Origin: Balanoglossus misakiensis
Taxonomy: Eukaryota > Animalia > Hemichordata
Length of the DNA stretch: 64,000 nucleotides
Direction: 5' to 3'
Assembly (NCBI GenBank): GCA_040954595.2
Contig: CM082582.2
Location: forward strand, 1,054,001-1,118,000
In this document: piece after piece, positions 23,050 through 36,800 of the stretch
How the letters are laid out: each line of letters begins with the position of its first letter
Position numbering within the stretch: the first letter of the stretch is position 1
Translations under genes and position numbers: made by a program
The notes under the pieces: generated by a model
Databases searched by the model: none
What the model saw: only the letters and a program-made list of their open reading frames with translations
Told to the model about the DNA's origin: nothing

Positions 23050-25908
23050 CTCCTGGGAAGACTCAACGTGGAGTGAATTGTGGCGTGTCATACAATTCAC
23101 AGGCTGGTACATGTAACAATGGTGTCATCCAGCAATTGAGGATCAGTTTTATGAACACTATCAACTATCTGAATGATTTGTTTGGTATTTGTGGCGGTGA
23201 ATGCAACTTTGATGACCTTGAAATAACCTGCGGCGCCTCAAACCGAAGAAAGAGACAGGCTGATACTCAGCTTGTGGTTCAGTTCAGTTTCACAACCAAT
23301 GCGTGAGTAGTAATTGTTATTTTTCGAGTATTTCATTCCCCTTCTGTTCTATTGAAATGACTTTGGTGACATGTCTAGGGTACTGATCCCAGGCTGTGTG
23401 AGGACCAGCTCTGTATTCCCTATACAGCTGGTGTTTGCATTATTGCAAAATATTCCATTCATGCAAGTGAAAACAAATTATTTTGTGTCTTAACACTCAA
23501 ACATTTTCAGTTTTTGGCAACCCCATCATTTCTGCCCACCTTCCTTCATGTTGCGGCATCCTGTATTCTAAAGATTCATGCATTCGAAATATACTGCAAA
23601 ACGTGTTATTTTCGCGAGCAGTAAATTTCTGCAAAACATGTGCTGGTCAAAAAAACGTTAAAATAAAAAGTTGTGTAAAATGTTTTTGGAGATAATGATG
23701 CAGTTAGTGAAATACGAGAACTCGAAAATTCGTCCTCACGTAACAGTCGCCTCTTTTAATATCGCGAAAATTTCCTGTCGTGAAAACAACTCAGTTTACA
23801 GTACACACTTCTGGTTGGTATTGTAATGTGGCATATGTAAGAATTTTTTGCCTGTTGTTTTATCCATTAGCTCTGCTGATGCTGCAGCTGTAGTTATTGA
23901 AGATGCAGTCAAGAATGGTCCTTTTGATACAGCTGAATATTCGGTCGACGCTGAGACATTACAAGTTGAAAGTACAATATTCTGTTCCAATGGTAGTGTT
24001 CTTGTTGGAGAAGAATGTGGTGAGTGCCTATACTCCTCAGTTGTTATGTACTTTAACCCTTTCACTCCCAGTTACCTCTATAGAGGTCAAACCTTACAAT
24101 AGAAAACAATTGGTTTGGACTGAACCATGGTGGTGAAAGGATTAAAACTGTGTCCAAAATTAATATTATAAAAAGGTGTAGATGTTAATATGTTTATATC
24201 GCCTGATATGACCTGTTAGGTGGGGCGTATTGCTGCGAGTGTGGTTGTGAGTCGCAGTGTACAAATTAAAGACAAGTGTGAGTGGTAAATACAACCCAAC
24301 CAAGAGGTGATATAAGGAAATAATTGATTTGATATGCTCATACCAAGGAGGGACAAAGTCTCTTTCTCGCTGCCCTTTTTCCATTAATTATGTTTGATAG
24401 AAGACACAGTTAATGTTATTCTACATGTGGATATATAGTGAATCAACATTCAACCACACACAACTGCAATCCCACTTGTAGACACAAGAGTGAAAAACTG
24501 GCCAAAATGAATGCTGTGTGTTACAATTGTAGTTGTGTTTTAAACCATTAATGCATAATGATCAGTACATGAACAATGTATACATCTGCCTTCAACATTT
24601 TGTATTTCCACAGTATTGTGTCCTGAAGGGTCGTACCATGACACTGAGCTGAGTCAGTGCCATCCTTGTGCAATTGGATATTATCAACCCCTTGAAGGAC
24701 AAACAGCATGCAATGCCTGTCCAAATAATGGAGTCACCAGGGGAAAGAGATCATTATCCATCTTGCAGTGTTTTGGTATGTATAACAGAAGGCAATATCT
24801 CCTCCTCGTCCACAGCCATAGCCTAGTATCTAGCCGTATTTTGTCCGCTTTGCTTCCAAAACTAGCGTCTAGCCTCACTCATGCCACTGGCCCGATAAAA
24901 CCCCATACCCCTTGCCGGGAATTGTGACGTATATATCAAATTATTGTGGTGTGATCCAATATGGAAAGAATGACAATTGGAATGTTCATCTCTTTGGTTG
25001 AAAAAATAATTTTTCAACAATGATGTCTATTGCAGAGAGGTGCGATGTTGGTCACTACTTTGACAACGGGACTTCTCAGTGCCAAAGCTGCCCCATTGGA
25101 TTCTGGCAATCAGAAGAAGGAAAGTTTGTGTGTAATACTTGCCCAAAGGGAATGCTTACATTAGTTGAAGGAGCTACTGATGAGTCACAATGTCAGGGTA
25201 GGTACTTGTGTTATTTGCTATTCTTGACTATCAATCACATGATCTGGCCATGTGACGTACCCATGGCGTTATCATTTGTAAGTGACAGGCAAGCAATATT
25301 TCGGCATCCAGTAAACTTTTTTCCGAGTAGGTTTTTACTTTAGAACCGCCAGATATGTAACATATTCAACAGTTTAACAAATTCACGTGAGTGAAAAGCA
25401 GATAATCGTGAATATCAAAAAATTAATCTTCTCAATTACAGAGGTATGTAAATCAGTGGGAGTCCAACTTAGTGTCAATGGGTCTTGTGAGTCGTGTCCC
25501 ATGGGAACCTATCAATCAAATGCTGAACTTCAGCCATCTTGTATGCCGTGCCCATTTGGCTTCACCACAAGAACAGTCGGTTCAACCTTAAGTGAAGATT
25601 GTAATGTTTGTAAGTATTATGTATACAACTTTTCATGTTGTATCTCAACTGTACTGAACTGAAGGTTGTATTATTGTGCCTCAGTTGTTCAGAATAATGA
25701 TAGTCCTCCAATTTTATTCTATGCTCTTTTTCCATTCCATCAACAGCTTACTGCAATGTTGGTTGGTACTTGAATCAGGAGTCCTATAGATGTGAGAAAT
25801 GCCCTGTTGGAACATATAACTTTGAATTCAACCAGGATGCTTGTCAACCATGCCCAACTGGCTACACTACAGGCAGAGAGGGTGCCCTATATGAAACAGA
25901 ATGTGATG
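23050..25908 (+). CDS. Linker with furin site (RRKR) followed by GCC2/3 (ephrin-receptor-like) Cys-rich repeats
   Basis: Repeated C-P-x-G-[TY]-Y-Q...C..CP...T...G....C pattern in exons 24614-24775, 25036-25197, 25442-25609 and 25747-25908. Confidence 0.9.
24057..24141. mobile_element. Tiny piggyBac-like MITE
   Basis: TTAA|CCCTTTCAC ... GTGAAAGGA|TTAA. Confidence 0.55.
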
Positions 25909-26214
25909 GTAGGAATAAATTTTTCATAATCATAGAACTGATAACATGCATGAAGTGCTTGTGGAGATCAACCTTAACTGTTCAATCTGACACAAACACT
26001 TCATTATAAGAAATTTTCTTCTTTATTTAGAGTATTATTTGATATGTTGTGTGATCCAATATTTTTATATAATTTAATAATGCTCCTCTTTTAACACCTT
26101 TTCTGAAAATTTCACGGAAATAACAATATTGTAATACTGTTTTCTCAGAATTCTACATGTTAGGCTATGGAATGTGATAACCATGCACTGCATCTGGGTA
26201 GTCATCTAACTTAA

Positions 26215-26397
26215 AGGTATACAGTCACCTCCAATTTACAAACGCCCATATATGGCTGAAATGGAGTATATGAGAGTTCTAAAGAACATATGGTGGCGCT
26301 CTTTTTTGCATGTGCCACCCACTGAAAATCTGTGATTGGCTAGATCTCCTTTTGCCATGGTAACTATAGCTAATTTTCCATAGGTGACCGTATACCT
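26215..26397. mobile_element. Kolobok-like MITE
   Basis: TTAA TSD; 16-bp TIR AGGTATACAGTCACCT / AGGTGACCGTATACCT with one mismatch and AG start. Confidence 0.75.
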
Positions 26398-26477
26398 TTA
26401 ACTGGTGATATGTATGAAGATCCCATAGTTTTATTTGGTGGTCAGTTAAAGACATTGCAAGAATTTTTGTTTTCTAG

Positions 26478-27995
26478 ATGCACATGAATGTCGTCTTGGT
26501 CTGGATGACTGTCACCCAAATGCCACTTGCAGGAATCTTGTACCAGGATATGAATGCACTTGCAAAACTGGTTTCACTGGTGATGGAATAACTTGTACAG
26601 GTATGTAACTATCTACAACTGAAATGTCAACAGAAATATGTACAGCTAAAACGTAGACACTACTGTTGATTTAGTATCTCTCTTGCTGCCCTTTTTCCAT
26701 TAATTATGTTTGATACAAGACACTGTTTATGTTATTCACCCGGTACATGTGGATATATAGTGAATCAACGTTCGACAGCACACAACTTCCATTCCGTTTG
26801 TAAGAAATGAATCTGCAAGTGGGTTTAGTTCTTGTCTAATACAAATGGTTCGTCAGGTAGAATAATGTGATGTGATTTTATTCTTGTGTCTAGATAAATG
26901 TGAAGGGTTCTGCTCAAACAATGCTGTTTGCATCAAGGACAGTGATGGCAATCCTGTTTGTGAATGTACTGATGAATATCAAGGTGAAACTTGCCGCCAG
27001 AGAATACCAATGCAAGTTAAAGGTGTGTATACATTTCTTTGTCTTTTAATAACTCAAGATTGAAAAACAATATTCACTAAAGTTTACACATTTGTTTGAT
27101 CTACATGATTACAGTTTACGTTGTCTTGAAAATATTTGTGAATATGGTGAAACTGCAACATCTGCAGTATAACTAGATTTTTGGTCAACTAACCATTTTA
27201 CAATAGTTAAGCATCATAATGAATGGTTTTCTTGCTTTTATCGTAGCATATCGCCCCCGTGACAAATAGAAATATTTAAACTCTTACAGATTCCTCCAGC
27301 TGTCATCATTGGTGGTGTTGCGGGAGGTTTAGCGGCTGTGTTAGTGCTTGGTGTAATAATGTTACTCATGTACCAACGGTAAGTTATTTAGTACTACCAG
27401 AGTAGAATCGAGACAGCTGTAGAAATGTTGCCCATCAGAAAACTGGGAATTTACCTGTATCTTTCCATACATGCATGAGGCAACGTGAAAAATAATCTCA
27501 TCTGTATCGTGGAAGCAAATTTATTCAAAGAGTTCATGCATAGACCTATTAGCGTATAGGGTAACTGCAGGGCATCATGGTATAATTTGCGTTCAACATG
27601 CATGGCGGCTAACAAGGCAAAGTCACGCGACCAGACCGCAAAGTGTCCAACAACCACCTGCGTTATTCTACAGTAGTAACAACATCACAACAAATCCCAC
27701 ATTGATGATGTTCAACTATTTGACATTCAGGTGTGCTCTTGGAGGAAAGAAACATCCAGGCTGGGAAGAACAAGAGGCAACTATGGATATCCATTGGTTT
27801 GATGATACAGATGATGTTGATAGCAAGGCAGGGAAAAGTGTGGAAGATGAGAAAGCCTTCAGAGAAATCTATCACTACAATCCCATGTATAGTGGCGACA
27901 GTGGTAGTGCCAGTGGAAGTGAGGAATGGAGACCAAGGCCTCTTAAGAGTAGAAATGAACTATTTCATGAGAGTCACGGAGACAGATACTTCTAA
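26478..27995 (+). CDS. Two EGF exons, transmembrane exon and cytoplasmic tail with NPxY
   Basis: DAHECRLGLDDCHPNATCRNLVPGYECTCKTGFTGDGITC; CSNNAVC...CECTDEYQGETC; IPPAVIIGGVAGGLAAVLVLGVIMLLMYQR; tail YNPMY...DRYF*. Confidence 0.87.
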
Positions 27996-29625
27996 TGTGC
28001 CATCTCTGTGTGTACATGTATGGTATAATTCAAATGATAACTAGAATGGTTTTCATTTTGTGAGTTGACACAGTACTGTGATAAGCTTGGTATAATCCCA
28101 TAAATGATAACAATAGTAGTTATGCTTTGTCAGACGACAGTACTGTGATAAGCGCACATTAAATTGGTTGGAGTGAAACAGATCTTTATTATTACACTCT
28201 TAGCAACATCTGAATGAAATGATCATAAATAATCATCTTTAAAGTATGTTGGTTATAAGGTTATATATTTTACATATTTTAAAGAATTTTCCTTAAAAAT
28301 TTGTTATGACTTATTATAAGGTATTGTGTAATGAAAAAGATATGATAATACGAGAATTCCTAAACAACAACATATTTTTGTTGAATTTGGAGGACAAATT
28401 TAACAGTGTACCAATTCAGCTCTCCCTTTGCATGCTGACTTGCTTCTGTATTCATACAAGGCAGCATTTATCCTTAACTTGATCAGGTAGAAGGTCTTTT
28501 CATCCAAATGCATAGATTATGAATTATTTCTCTCAATATATTCAGTGACTACCTCCCGATGATATATATCCTCCTGAATTAGTGCTTCAAATTTTGATAT
28601 TTTTCTTGATATTTTTCTTTAATTTGACTTCAACCGTCACCATTCTCCAAGACTGTAAAAGAAGGGAGATGATGATTAACTATTATCAATTTTTTTGCCC
28701 CTTGTACTGTCTTTACAACTGGCCGTATAAATCTGATATTTGTTTGGCATGCGAATTTTGGAATATGGATGTGTATGATCACAATTATAAGATCCTCAAA
28801 ATAAAAGATCCTATCATTTCATTTGGTTAATAACCAGTTCATAGGTGAATGGAAATATAGTTACTCACTTTGAGACCTGACATGTATATATAATAATTCA
28901 AAGTATTTATTCGCATATTTTTATATTATTCATGGTGTTATAGATCAATGGAAATTTTTCAAATTAAATTCATGTATATAAAATGTAGCAATGTAATGTC
29001 ATATGTGAAACCCTTAATCTTGATATTGTAATTCATTGTAGAATATGATTATATTGTGTTATTCACTCAACTTGTGCATGTATGTTTAAGATTCATGCAA
29101 AATTACTTTTTTATACAAACTGTTCCTTTTTGTGTTGTTCGGAGGTGACAACTCATCAACAATGAAATAAGTTTGGGAAATTTTTGAACAAAGTCATGAA
29201 GTGGAAGTACTATAAATAAGTTTAATATCTGTTTGAGTTGTCCTGCCAGAAGTCAACATTTTTAGCTTATACAAATACTGGTGCAACTACAGAACAGTTG
29301 AAGAATTTCATCATTATATTTATGTTTTAATTACAAGTATATCAATTGTACCTTTTCCTTATATTAAAAGCATATTTTTATTATAATATTTAACTGAGTT
29401 CTTTGTCTACTTTTTTAAACTGACAATTTGTCAGTCATTACCATAACCCTGGATTGTATTTCACTGTGTCCAGAGATTCTTCTGTAGTTGTTATAATAAG
29501 ACATCAAACCAGGTCCAATAATCAATATTACTCAGGCTAAGCTAATTACCAGGTCCAGGTTCAAAAAAGAAATAAGAGAAAAACTTACAATTTCAACAGG
29601 ATCATCTTGAACCACTGCTAAGTGG

Positions 29626-30090
29626 TAGTACTCGCACAAGGGGGCTGCAAACATGAAAGTTATAAATGGCGGAGTTCCTGCATTTTCCCCCAATAAACAT
29701 TAATTGATGAACAGTCTTTGTGCTTGTTTATTTTTCTGTGTTACCTCCACCTGTCTTAGCAGTTGCTAATCCAGAATACAAACTATTGCATTTCCCATTA
29801 AGCACCTGCTAACGACTTAATCTGTGTGCCCCATCCACGGATTTAGTGGATTAAGTAAACATCGGTCAGTTCTCACTTGGTAAGAGAATACCCAGTACTC
29901 GCTGACCGATGTTTACTTTATTAACTTAATCCGTGGATGGGGCACACAGATTAAGTCGTTAGCAGGTGATTAATGGGAAATGGATAGCTTTTATTCTGGA
30001 TTAGCAAATGATAAGACAGGTTGGGAAAACGCAGAATGGAACGTACTTCGCCATTTATAACTTTCATGTTTGCAGCCCCCTGTGGTACTA
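29626..30090. mobile_element. Long palindromic (foldback) MITE
   Basis: GGGGGCTGCAAACATGAAAGTTATAAATGGCG and CACCTGCTAACGACTTAATCTGTGTGCCCCATCCACGGATT occur as inverted arms around about 29885. Confidence 0.8.
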
Positions 30091-32709
30091 GGTGTCGGAA
30101 ATGGGTAAGCACACCCTTCCAGCATGCTACACCCGTTAAGACTGACCCAAAGAGACAGATTTAAGTTGAATTTGACTTAACTAACAAATTACTGTTGCAA
30201 GTCAAATCCATATTTTGACTTTATCTCTGACTGAGCGCAGCGTTGTCTGAGAGACACTCCACGTCTTCCTCTTCACAAGCAGCCCACTTCAAGTTTCAGC
30301 AACATCCATAATAGTCCTAAAGTTGAGGTGCCAGTTAAAATTAGGTTTTTGGACCAAACTGGAATAGCTGCCGAAGTTTGGTATTTCAAATGATTGTCAG
30401 GTCACCTGTTTATTATATGACTGTGAGGTTTCTAACAAAAGGGAGATGACATACAATCACAAGTGTAAATCCAATATTGAACATTACTTAAAGGGACAAA
30501 TTGTTCAAATCCTCTTTTGAGCTTATTTGGTCAATTTTGTTTGATATGAAATGTGCCTATTATGCTGTTTGACTTCTTTAAACATGCTTAAATACTGGCC
30601 AATAAATAACTCCACTATGTTTGAAATTAAACCAGATAGTACAATAATACATTCCAAATGTCATCTGTGATAACATCATGCTTTGGACTTTTTTACTTTA
30701 TATATTACATAACATGTTACGGAGGGGGGGGGGGAGAGAGGTGAGAAAAGGAATGTGAGAAAGGAGAAGAAAAGCAAGAGGGCGGAAATGAGAATGTCAG
30801 GATGGAAAGGGAATGAGGGGAGGACTTTGACAGAAGGGGAGGGGAGAGACCGAATAAGTGAAGGTGAGAGAGGAAGTGGTTAGACAGGAAGAAAGGGAAA
30901 TTAAAGCTCAATCACCACCACCACCACCACCACAATCATCATCATCACCATCATTGCCATCATCATTCTGGAGGCATCGTGGCATGTATTGGCCCATGGG
31001 CATCATGGGCCAAAAAAACTGATTCAGTGTAAATGTGCATAAACCACACTTTTGTACGAACTCCTGTAACCGGTGACGCAAGTCGTGAGTGAATTTGTGG
31101 GCGTGTCGCGACCTTTTCTGTGAACGTGATGCAGAGTGATATATTGATGACCCCCAGCCACCCCCACACCCTTTGGTAACACACTTCTTAAACTTTCTTT
31201 ACATAGAATGGACTTCTCAAACCTTCCTTACCAAAGTTCTGATTAAAGATATCTATCTTCTAGGGTACTACCAACAGCGTTTCACGTGACTGTAGACAAG
31301 CATCAAGTACCTGTACACAGACAAGGGCGTGCGCGCGTCCACAATAATTTAAAACGAATGTTTCCACCGCCGTGTGTTTTATGCACATAAACACTGAATC
31401 AGCTTTAATATTGTCCCATGATGCCCCGTGAGTTGTCAGGGTACCAAACTGACAATGCTGGAGAAAAAATGAAGTGTTGACATGCATGTTGTTGAGGGGT
31501 TTCACAATGCATGTTACGGACGCTGGTTTCTCTTAGCAATAGAGTAGAGGCGTAAGGATGGGTTGATCTTGTGATTAAGAATTTTGGCAAAGAAACAGAC
31601 ATTGTGTCATTTAGTTTTGTATTAAACCCCATTCGCGTATTTTGTGTTAAAGCACGAAATACTGCAATAATGAGATACGGTAGTATTTAACACATATAAT
31701 ATAGGTTATAATATAGCTTTATCAATACCAGTGAATTTTGTGACGTCATTGCTGTACATTTTTTTATCTTTTATTTAAAACGCACAATGTTACATCAACA
31801 AATCAAAAGAAGAAACGAACTGAAAACTCACATCATAGCTTCAAAATTTATTACACTTTCTGGATGGTTGCATGATTCCTAAGGCTTGTATACCTTCAAC
31901 CTCAATGTCACGCGGGAGGATTGGTGTTGGGAATGTAACGGGGAATTAAACTCTATCGATGGGGATAACTCGCTTGGCTAATACTGAGAGGTACATATAT
32001 GGAATCGTGCTGACGTCCAGATACATCGACACGAACACTGGGTATTTATGGTAGCAACTGAGAATATAAGAATTTAATGAAATAAACCTACTCGACCACT
32101 TGCGTTCTGAGGACAAGAAGGACACAAATAGTCCGCCATCCAAAAGACCGTTCCAGCATTTTATTTTTACCCGCCAAAAGACGCGGAGATATATTTTTAG
32201 ATGAATGATCCATGCATACTCTGATTGCATAGTACTTGTCTTCCTTGTGTTCCTTAAAACAATGAATGTATTGTATTTTCTTTTCTTTTCATCAGGAATG
32301 CGATAACTTTCTTAACACTTCAAAAGTTTCTTTACTCTTCAATCACTTCTGTCTCAACTTTTAAGTTTAACTTTTACTTCCAAATCTCAGGTCACAAACT
32401 CTATAGACTGCTAAACAATTTTCTTCCTAGTGTTGTATGCGCCACTTGTGAATTTTTGCGAGTGAGATTCACGGGCGTTTGAGCACAATTTATACAAAAT
32501 ATGTTTATCGCCATTAGAAAAACGTTCGCGTAGAATCAATGACGTCATGGTAAATTTTAGCTGCATGCTCCAATAGGGATGATAGGGAGACTACTTGTTG
32601 TAGAGCACCTGAAAATGTACGTATTTCGTCACTTCCTTTTCGCGAAATTTAATTCTTAACGGCATCTTAGTTTTAAGATTTGTGATTCCTTTTTTCTTCA
32701 GTTGTACAT

Positions 32710-32990
32710 TTGCATCACAGAATACTTCTTTGTAGACTATCGAACCTTGGCATCTCAGACACAGTACTAACATGGTTTACATCTTACCTTCAATATAGAT
32801 ATCAAACTGTAATCATCGAAAACACTGCAAGTTCACAGTCACCTCTCGTATACGGGGTGCCACTGCCCCTCTGTTGTTCACCATTTATATAGCCCCACTT
32901 TATAGTAAACCGATTCGTCCCCACATCCTACAATTTCATCAGTACGCCGATGATAACCAGCGATACCTCGCCTTTTCCCATCAAGATTCA
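32710..32990 (+). mobile_element. Degenerate LINE reverse-transcriptase fragment (L2/CR1 group)
   Basis: HRILLCRLSNLGISDTVLTWFTSYL...YGVP, then after a frameshift PLLFTIYIAP...FHQYADDNQRYLAFS. Confidence 0.8.
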
Positions 32991-33045
32991 ACCTCTGACG
33001 TTCCTGTCTTCTAAGGATTGTTGAACTTTAATTCATGCAGTTTGT

Positions 33046-33590
33046 TGTTACGGCCGGTCGTCCTCCGGACGTTTACCTCATCGGCTTCTGTGGGGAATCA
33101 GCCACGTCCGAAAGCTGACGGCGTACATTCTCTCCATCTCCTTCTCCACCCAACATATTCATAAAGTCCGAGAGAGGTACCCGGCAGATCGTAAACCTTT
33201 TGTAGACAGAGACTTGCAAGAAGTTTTCCGAGTAACACAAAGTTCTGGTTTATTACTGGTCACACGTAAGAATTACACGACTCGATCCATGCTCGTTGAC
33301 TCCCATCACGGATCTCCGGTGATAAATGTGTGATCTCAAATTTCACCACACCTTATTAATACGTTAGTCAAGTATTAAGTCATAAAAGGAACACGTCATC
33401 TTGATATTTCTTAAACATGAACTTAGCGCGTGATATCTCTATCTCGTTCTGACATGTATCAATTACACAATCTTGTTTACTCTGGGTCAAGTACCAATGT
33501 CAATACTGGACTAAAACCATATAAGTGAATGACTTCTTAATAAACGTAATCATAAACAAGATCTATGATCGTTAAAACTCAATCGTGACA
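33046..33590 (-). mobile_element. Probable solo LTR (Gypsy/BEL-like)
   Basis: Termini TGTTACG...CGTGACA; flanks TTTGT and CTTGT form an imperfect 5-bp TSD; minus-strand AATAAA near 33249. Confidence 0.5.
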
Positions 33591-33895
33591 CTTGTATTAC
33601 CGCTGGTTTCTCATGATTGTTCATGCATCGGGGAATCTGTAGCGATGAGGTAACGGGCTCTGACGAGAACCGTGATCCACAGAGAAACGTATCTGATTTA
33701 CGTTCATTTATTGTCCGGAATTATTATAGTACATCAAATACGCCCAGTAAAGTACATGAGGAAGGGAACGAGCTCAGTAGCCTGAGGTACTCCCATCTCC
33801 CGTTAGATTATTCTCCCCTAACTTTGGAAACAAAGTTCTCTTATAATTACTTTTCTCAAGGCGTGGTTAACCATGTAAAATATCACAAATACATG

Positions 33896-36800
33896 TAGTG
33901 GCCAGTGTCGTGCCCATTAATTTTGAGTGTTTGGTGGGGTCAACCTTTGCGTCAACATTGATTAACCAGGCCATGCAGAGCTAGTGGCCAGTGTCGTGCC
34001 CATTAATTTTGAGTGTTTGGTGGGGTCAACCTTTGCGTCAACATTGATTAACCAGGCCATGCAGAGCTAGTGGCCAGTGTTGTGCCCATTAATTTTGAGT
34101 GTTTGGTGGGGTCAACCTTTGCGTCAACATTGATTAACCAGGCCATGCAGAGCTAGTGGCCAGTGTCGTGCCCATCAATTTTGAGTGTTTGGTGGGGTCA
34201 ACCTTTGCGTCAACATTGATAAACCAGGCCATGCAGAGCTAGTGGCCAGTGTCGTGCCCATTAATTTTGAGTGTTTGGTGGGGTCAACCTTTGCGTCAAC
34301 ATTGATTAACCAGGCCAGAGCTTAGTGGCCAGTGTCGTGCCCATAAATTTTGAGTGTTTGGTGGGGTCAACCCTTGCGTCAACCTTGATTAGCCAGGCCA
34401 CAGCTAGTGGCCAGTGTCGTGCCCATCAATTATGAGTGTTTGGTGGGGTCAACCCCTGCGTCAACATTGATTAGCCAGGCCAGAGCTTAGTGGCCAGTGT
34501 CGCGCCCATTAATTTTGAGTGTTTGGTGGGGTTAACCCTTGCGTCAACCTGGATTAGCCAGGCCAGAGCTTAGTGGCCAGTGTCGTGCCCATTAATTTTG
34601 AGTGTTTGGTGGGGTCAACCTTTGCGTCAACATTGATTAACCAGGCCATGCAGAGCTAGTGGCCAGTGTCGTGCCCATCAATTTTGAGTGTTTGGTGGGG
34701 TCAACCTTTGCGTCAACATTGATAAACCAGGCCATGCAGAGCTAGTGGCCAGTGTCGTGCCCATCAATTTTGAGTGTTTGGTGGGGTCAACCTTTGCGTC
34801 AACATTGATAAACCAGGCCATGCAGAGCTAGTGGCCAGTGTCGTGCCCATTAATTTTGAGTGTTTGGTGGGGTCAACCTTTGCGTCAACATTGATTAACC
34901 AGGCCATGCAGAGCTAGTGGCCAGTGTCGTGCCCATTAATTTTGAGTGTTTGGTGGGGTCAACCTTTGCGTCAACATTGATTAACCAGGCCATGCAGAGC
35001 TAGTGGCCAGTGTCGTGCTCATCAATTTTGAGTGTTTGGTGGGGTCAACCTTTGCGTCAACATTGATAAACCAGGCCATGCAGAGCTAGTGGCCAGTGTC
35101 GTGCCCATTAATTTTGAGTGTTTGGTGGGGTCAACCTTTGCGTCAACATTGATTAACCAGGCCAGAGCTTAGTGGCCAGTGTCGTGCCCATTAATTTTGA
35201 GTGTTTGGTGGGGTCAACCTTTGCGTCAACATTGATTAACCAGGCCAGAGCTTAGTGGCCAGTGTCGTGCCCATTAATTTTGAGTGTTTGGTGGGGTCAA
35301 CCTTTGCGTCAACATTGATTAACCAGGCCAGAGCTTAGTGGCCAGTGTCGTGCCCATAAATTTTGAGTGTTTGGTGGGGTCAACCCTTGCGTCAACCTTG
35401 ATTAGCCAGGCCAGAGCTAGTGGCCAGTGTCGTGCCCATCAATTGTGAGTGTTTGGTGGGGTCAACCCCTGCGTCAACATTGATTAGCCAGGCCAGAGCT
35501 TAGTGGCCAGTGTCGCGCCCATTAATTTTGAGTGTTTGGTGGGGTTAACCCTTGCGTCAGCCTGGATTAGCCAGGCCAGAGCTAGGGGCCAGTGTCGCGC
35601 CCATCAATTTTGAGTGTTTGGTGGGGTCAACCTTTGCGTCAACCTTGATTAGCCACGCCAGAGCTAGTGGCCAGTGTCGTGCCCATCAATTTTGAGTGTT
35701 TGGTGGGGTCAACCCTTGCGTCAACATTGATTAGCCAGGCCAGAGCTAGTGGCCAGTGTCGCGCCCATTAATTTTGAGTGTTTGGTGGGGTCAACCCTTG
35801 CGTCAACATTGATTAGACAGGCCAGAGCTAGTGGCCAGTGTCGCGCCCATCAATTTTGAGTGTTTGGTGGGGTCAACCCTTGCGTCAACATTGATTAGCC
35901 ACGCCAGAGCTAGTGGCGAGTGTCGCGCCCATCAATTTTGAGTGTTTGGTGGGGTCAACCCTTGCGTCAACCTTGATTAGCCAGGCCAGAGCTAGTGGCC
36001 AGTGTCGTGCCCTTCAATTATGAGTGTTTGGTGGGGTCAACCTTTGCGTCAACATTGATTAATCAGGCCATGCAGAGCTAGTGGCCAGTGTCGTGCCCAT
36101 CAATTTTGAGTGTTTGGTGGGGTCAACCTTTGCGTCAACATTGATTAACCAGGCCATGCAGAGCTAGTGGCCAGTGTCGTGCCCATTAATTTTGAGTGTT
36201 TGGTGGGGTCAACCTTTGCGTCAACATTGATTAACCAGGCCATGCAGAGCTAGTGGCCAGTGTTGTGCCCATTAATTTTGAGTGTTTGGTGGGGTCAACC
36301 TTTGCGTCAACATTGATTAACCAGGCCATGCAGAGCTAGTGGCCAGTGTCGTGCCCATCAATTTTGAGTGTTTGGTGGGGTGAACCTTTGCGTCAACATT
36401 GATAAACCAGGCCATGCAGAGCTAGTGGCCAGTGTCGTGCCCATTAATTTTGAGTGTTTGGTGGGGTCAACCTTTGCGTCAACATTGATTAACCAGGCCA
36501 GAGCTTAGTGGCCAGTGTCGTGCCCATAAATTTTGAGTGTTTGGTGGGGTCAACCCTTGCGTCAACCTTGATTAGCCAGGCCAGAGCTAGTGGCCAGTGT
36601 CGTGCCCATCAATTATGAGTGTTTGGTGGGGTCAACCCCTGCGTCAACATTGATTAGCCAGGCCAGAGCTTAGTGGCCAGTGTCGCGCCCATTAATTTTG
36701 AGTGTTTGGTGGGGTTAACCCTTGCGTCAACCTGGATTAGCCAGGCCAGAGCTTAGTGGCCAGTGTCGTGCCCATTAATTTTGAGTGTTTGGTGGGGTCA

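Larger units (their letters stand above)
14640..27995 (+). pseudogene. 3' portion of a SVEP1/uninflatable-like multidomain type I membrane protein gene (pentraxin, HYR, sushi, furin site, GCC2/3 repeats, 2 EGF, TM, NPxY tail), apparently disrupted
   Basis: Exons 14640-14840, 15244-15527, 18917-19011 plus 20609-20654, 21359-21454, 22454-22646, 23050-23302, 23871-24019, 24614-24775, 25036-25197, 25442-25609, 25747-25908, 26478-26600, 26894-27022, about 27290-27378, 27731-27995; mostly phase-consistent GT-AG introns; lesions described in findings. Confidence 0.85.

Noticed and set aside
30721-30900. Purine-rich tract and its minus-strand Phe/Ser/Pro ORF
   Set aside because: Low-complexity GA-rich sequence with no coding signature.
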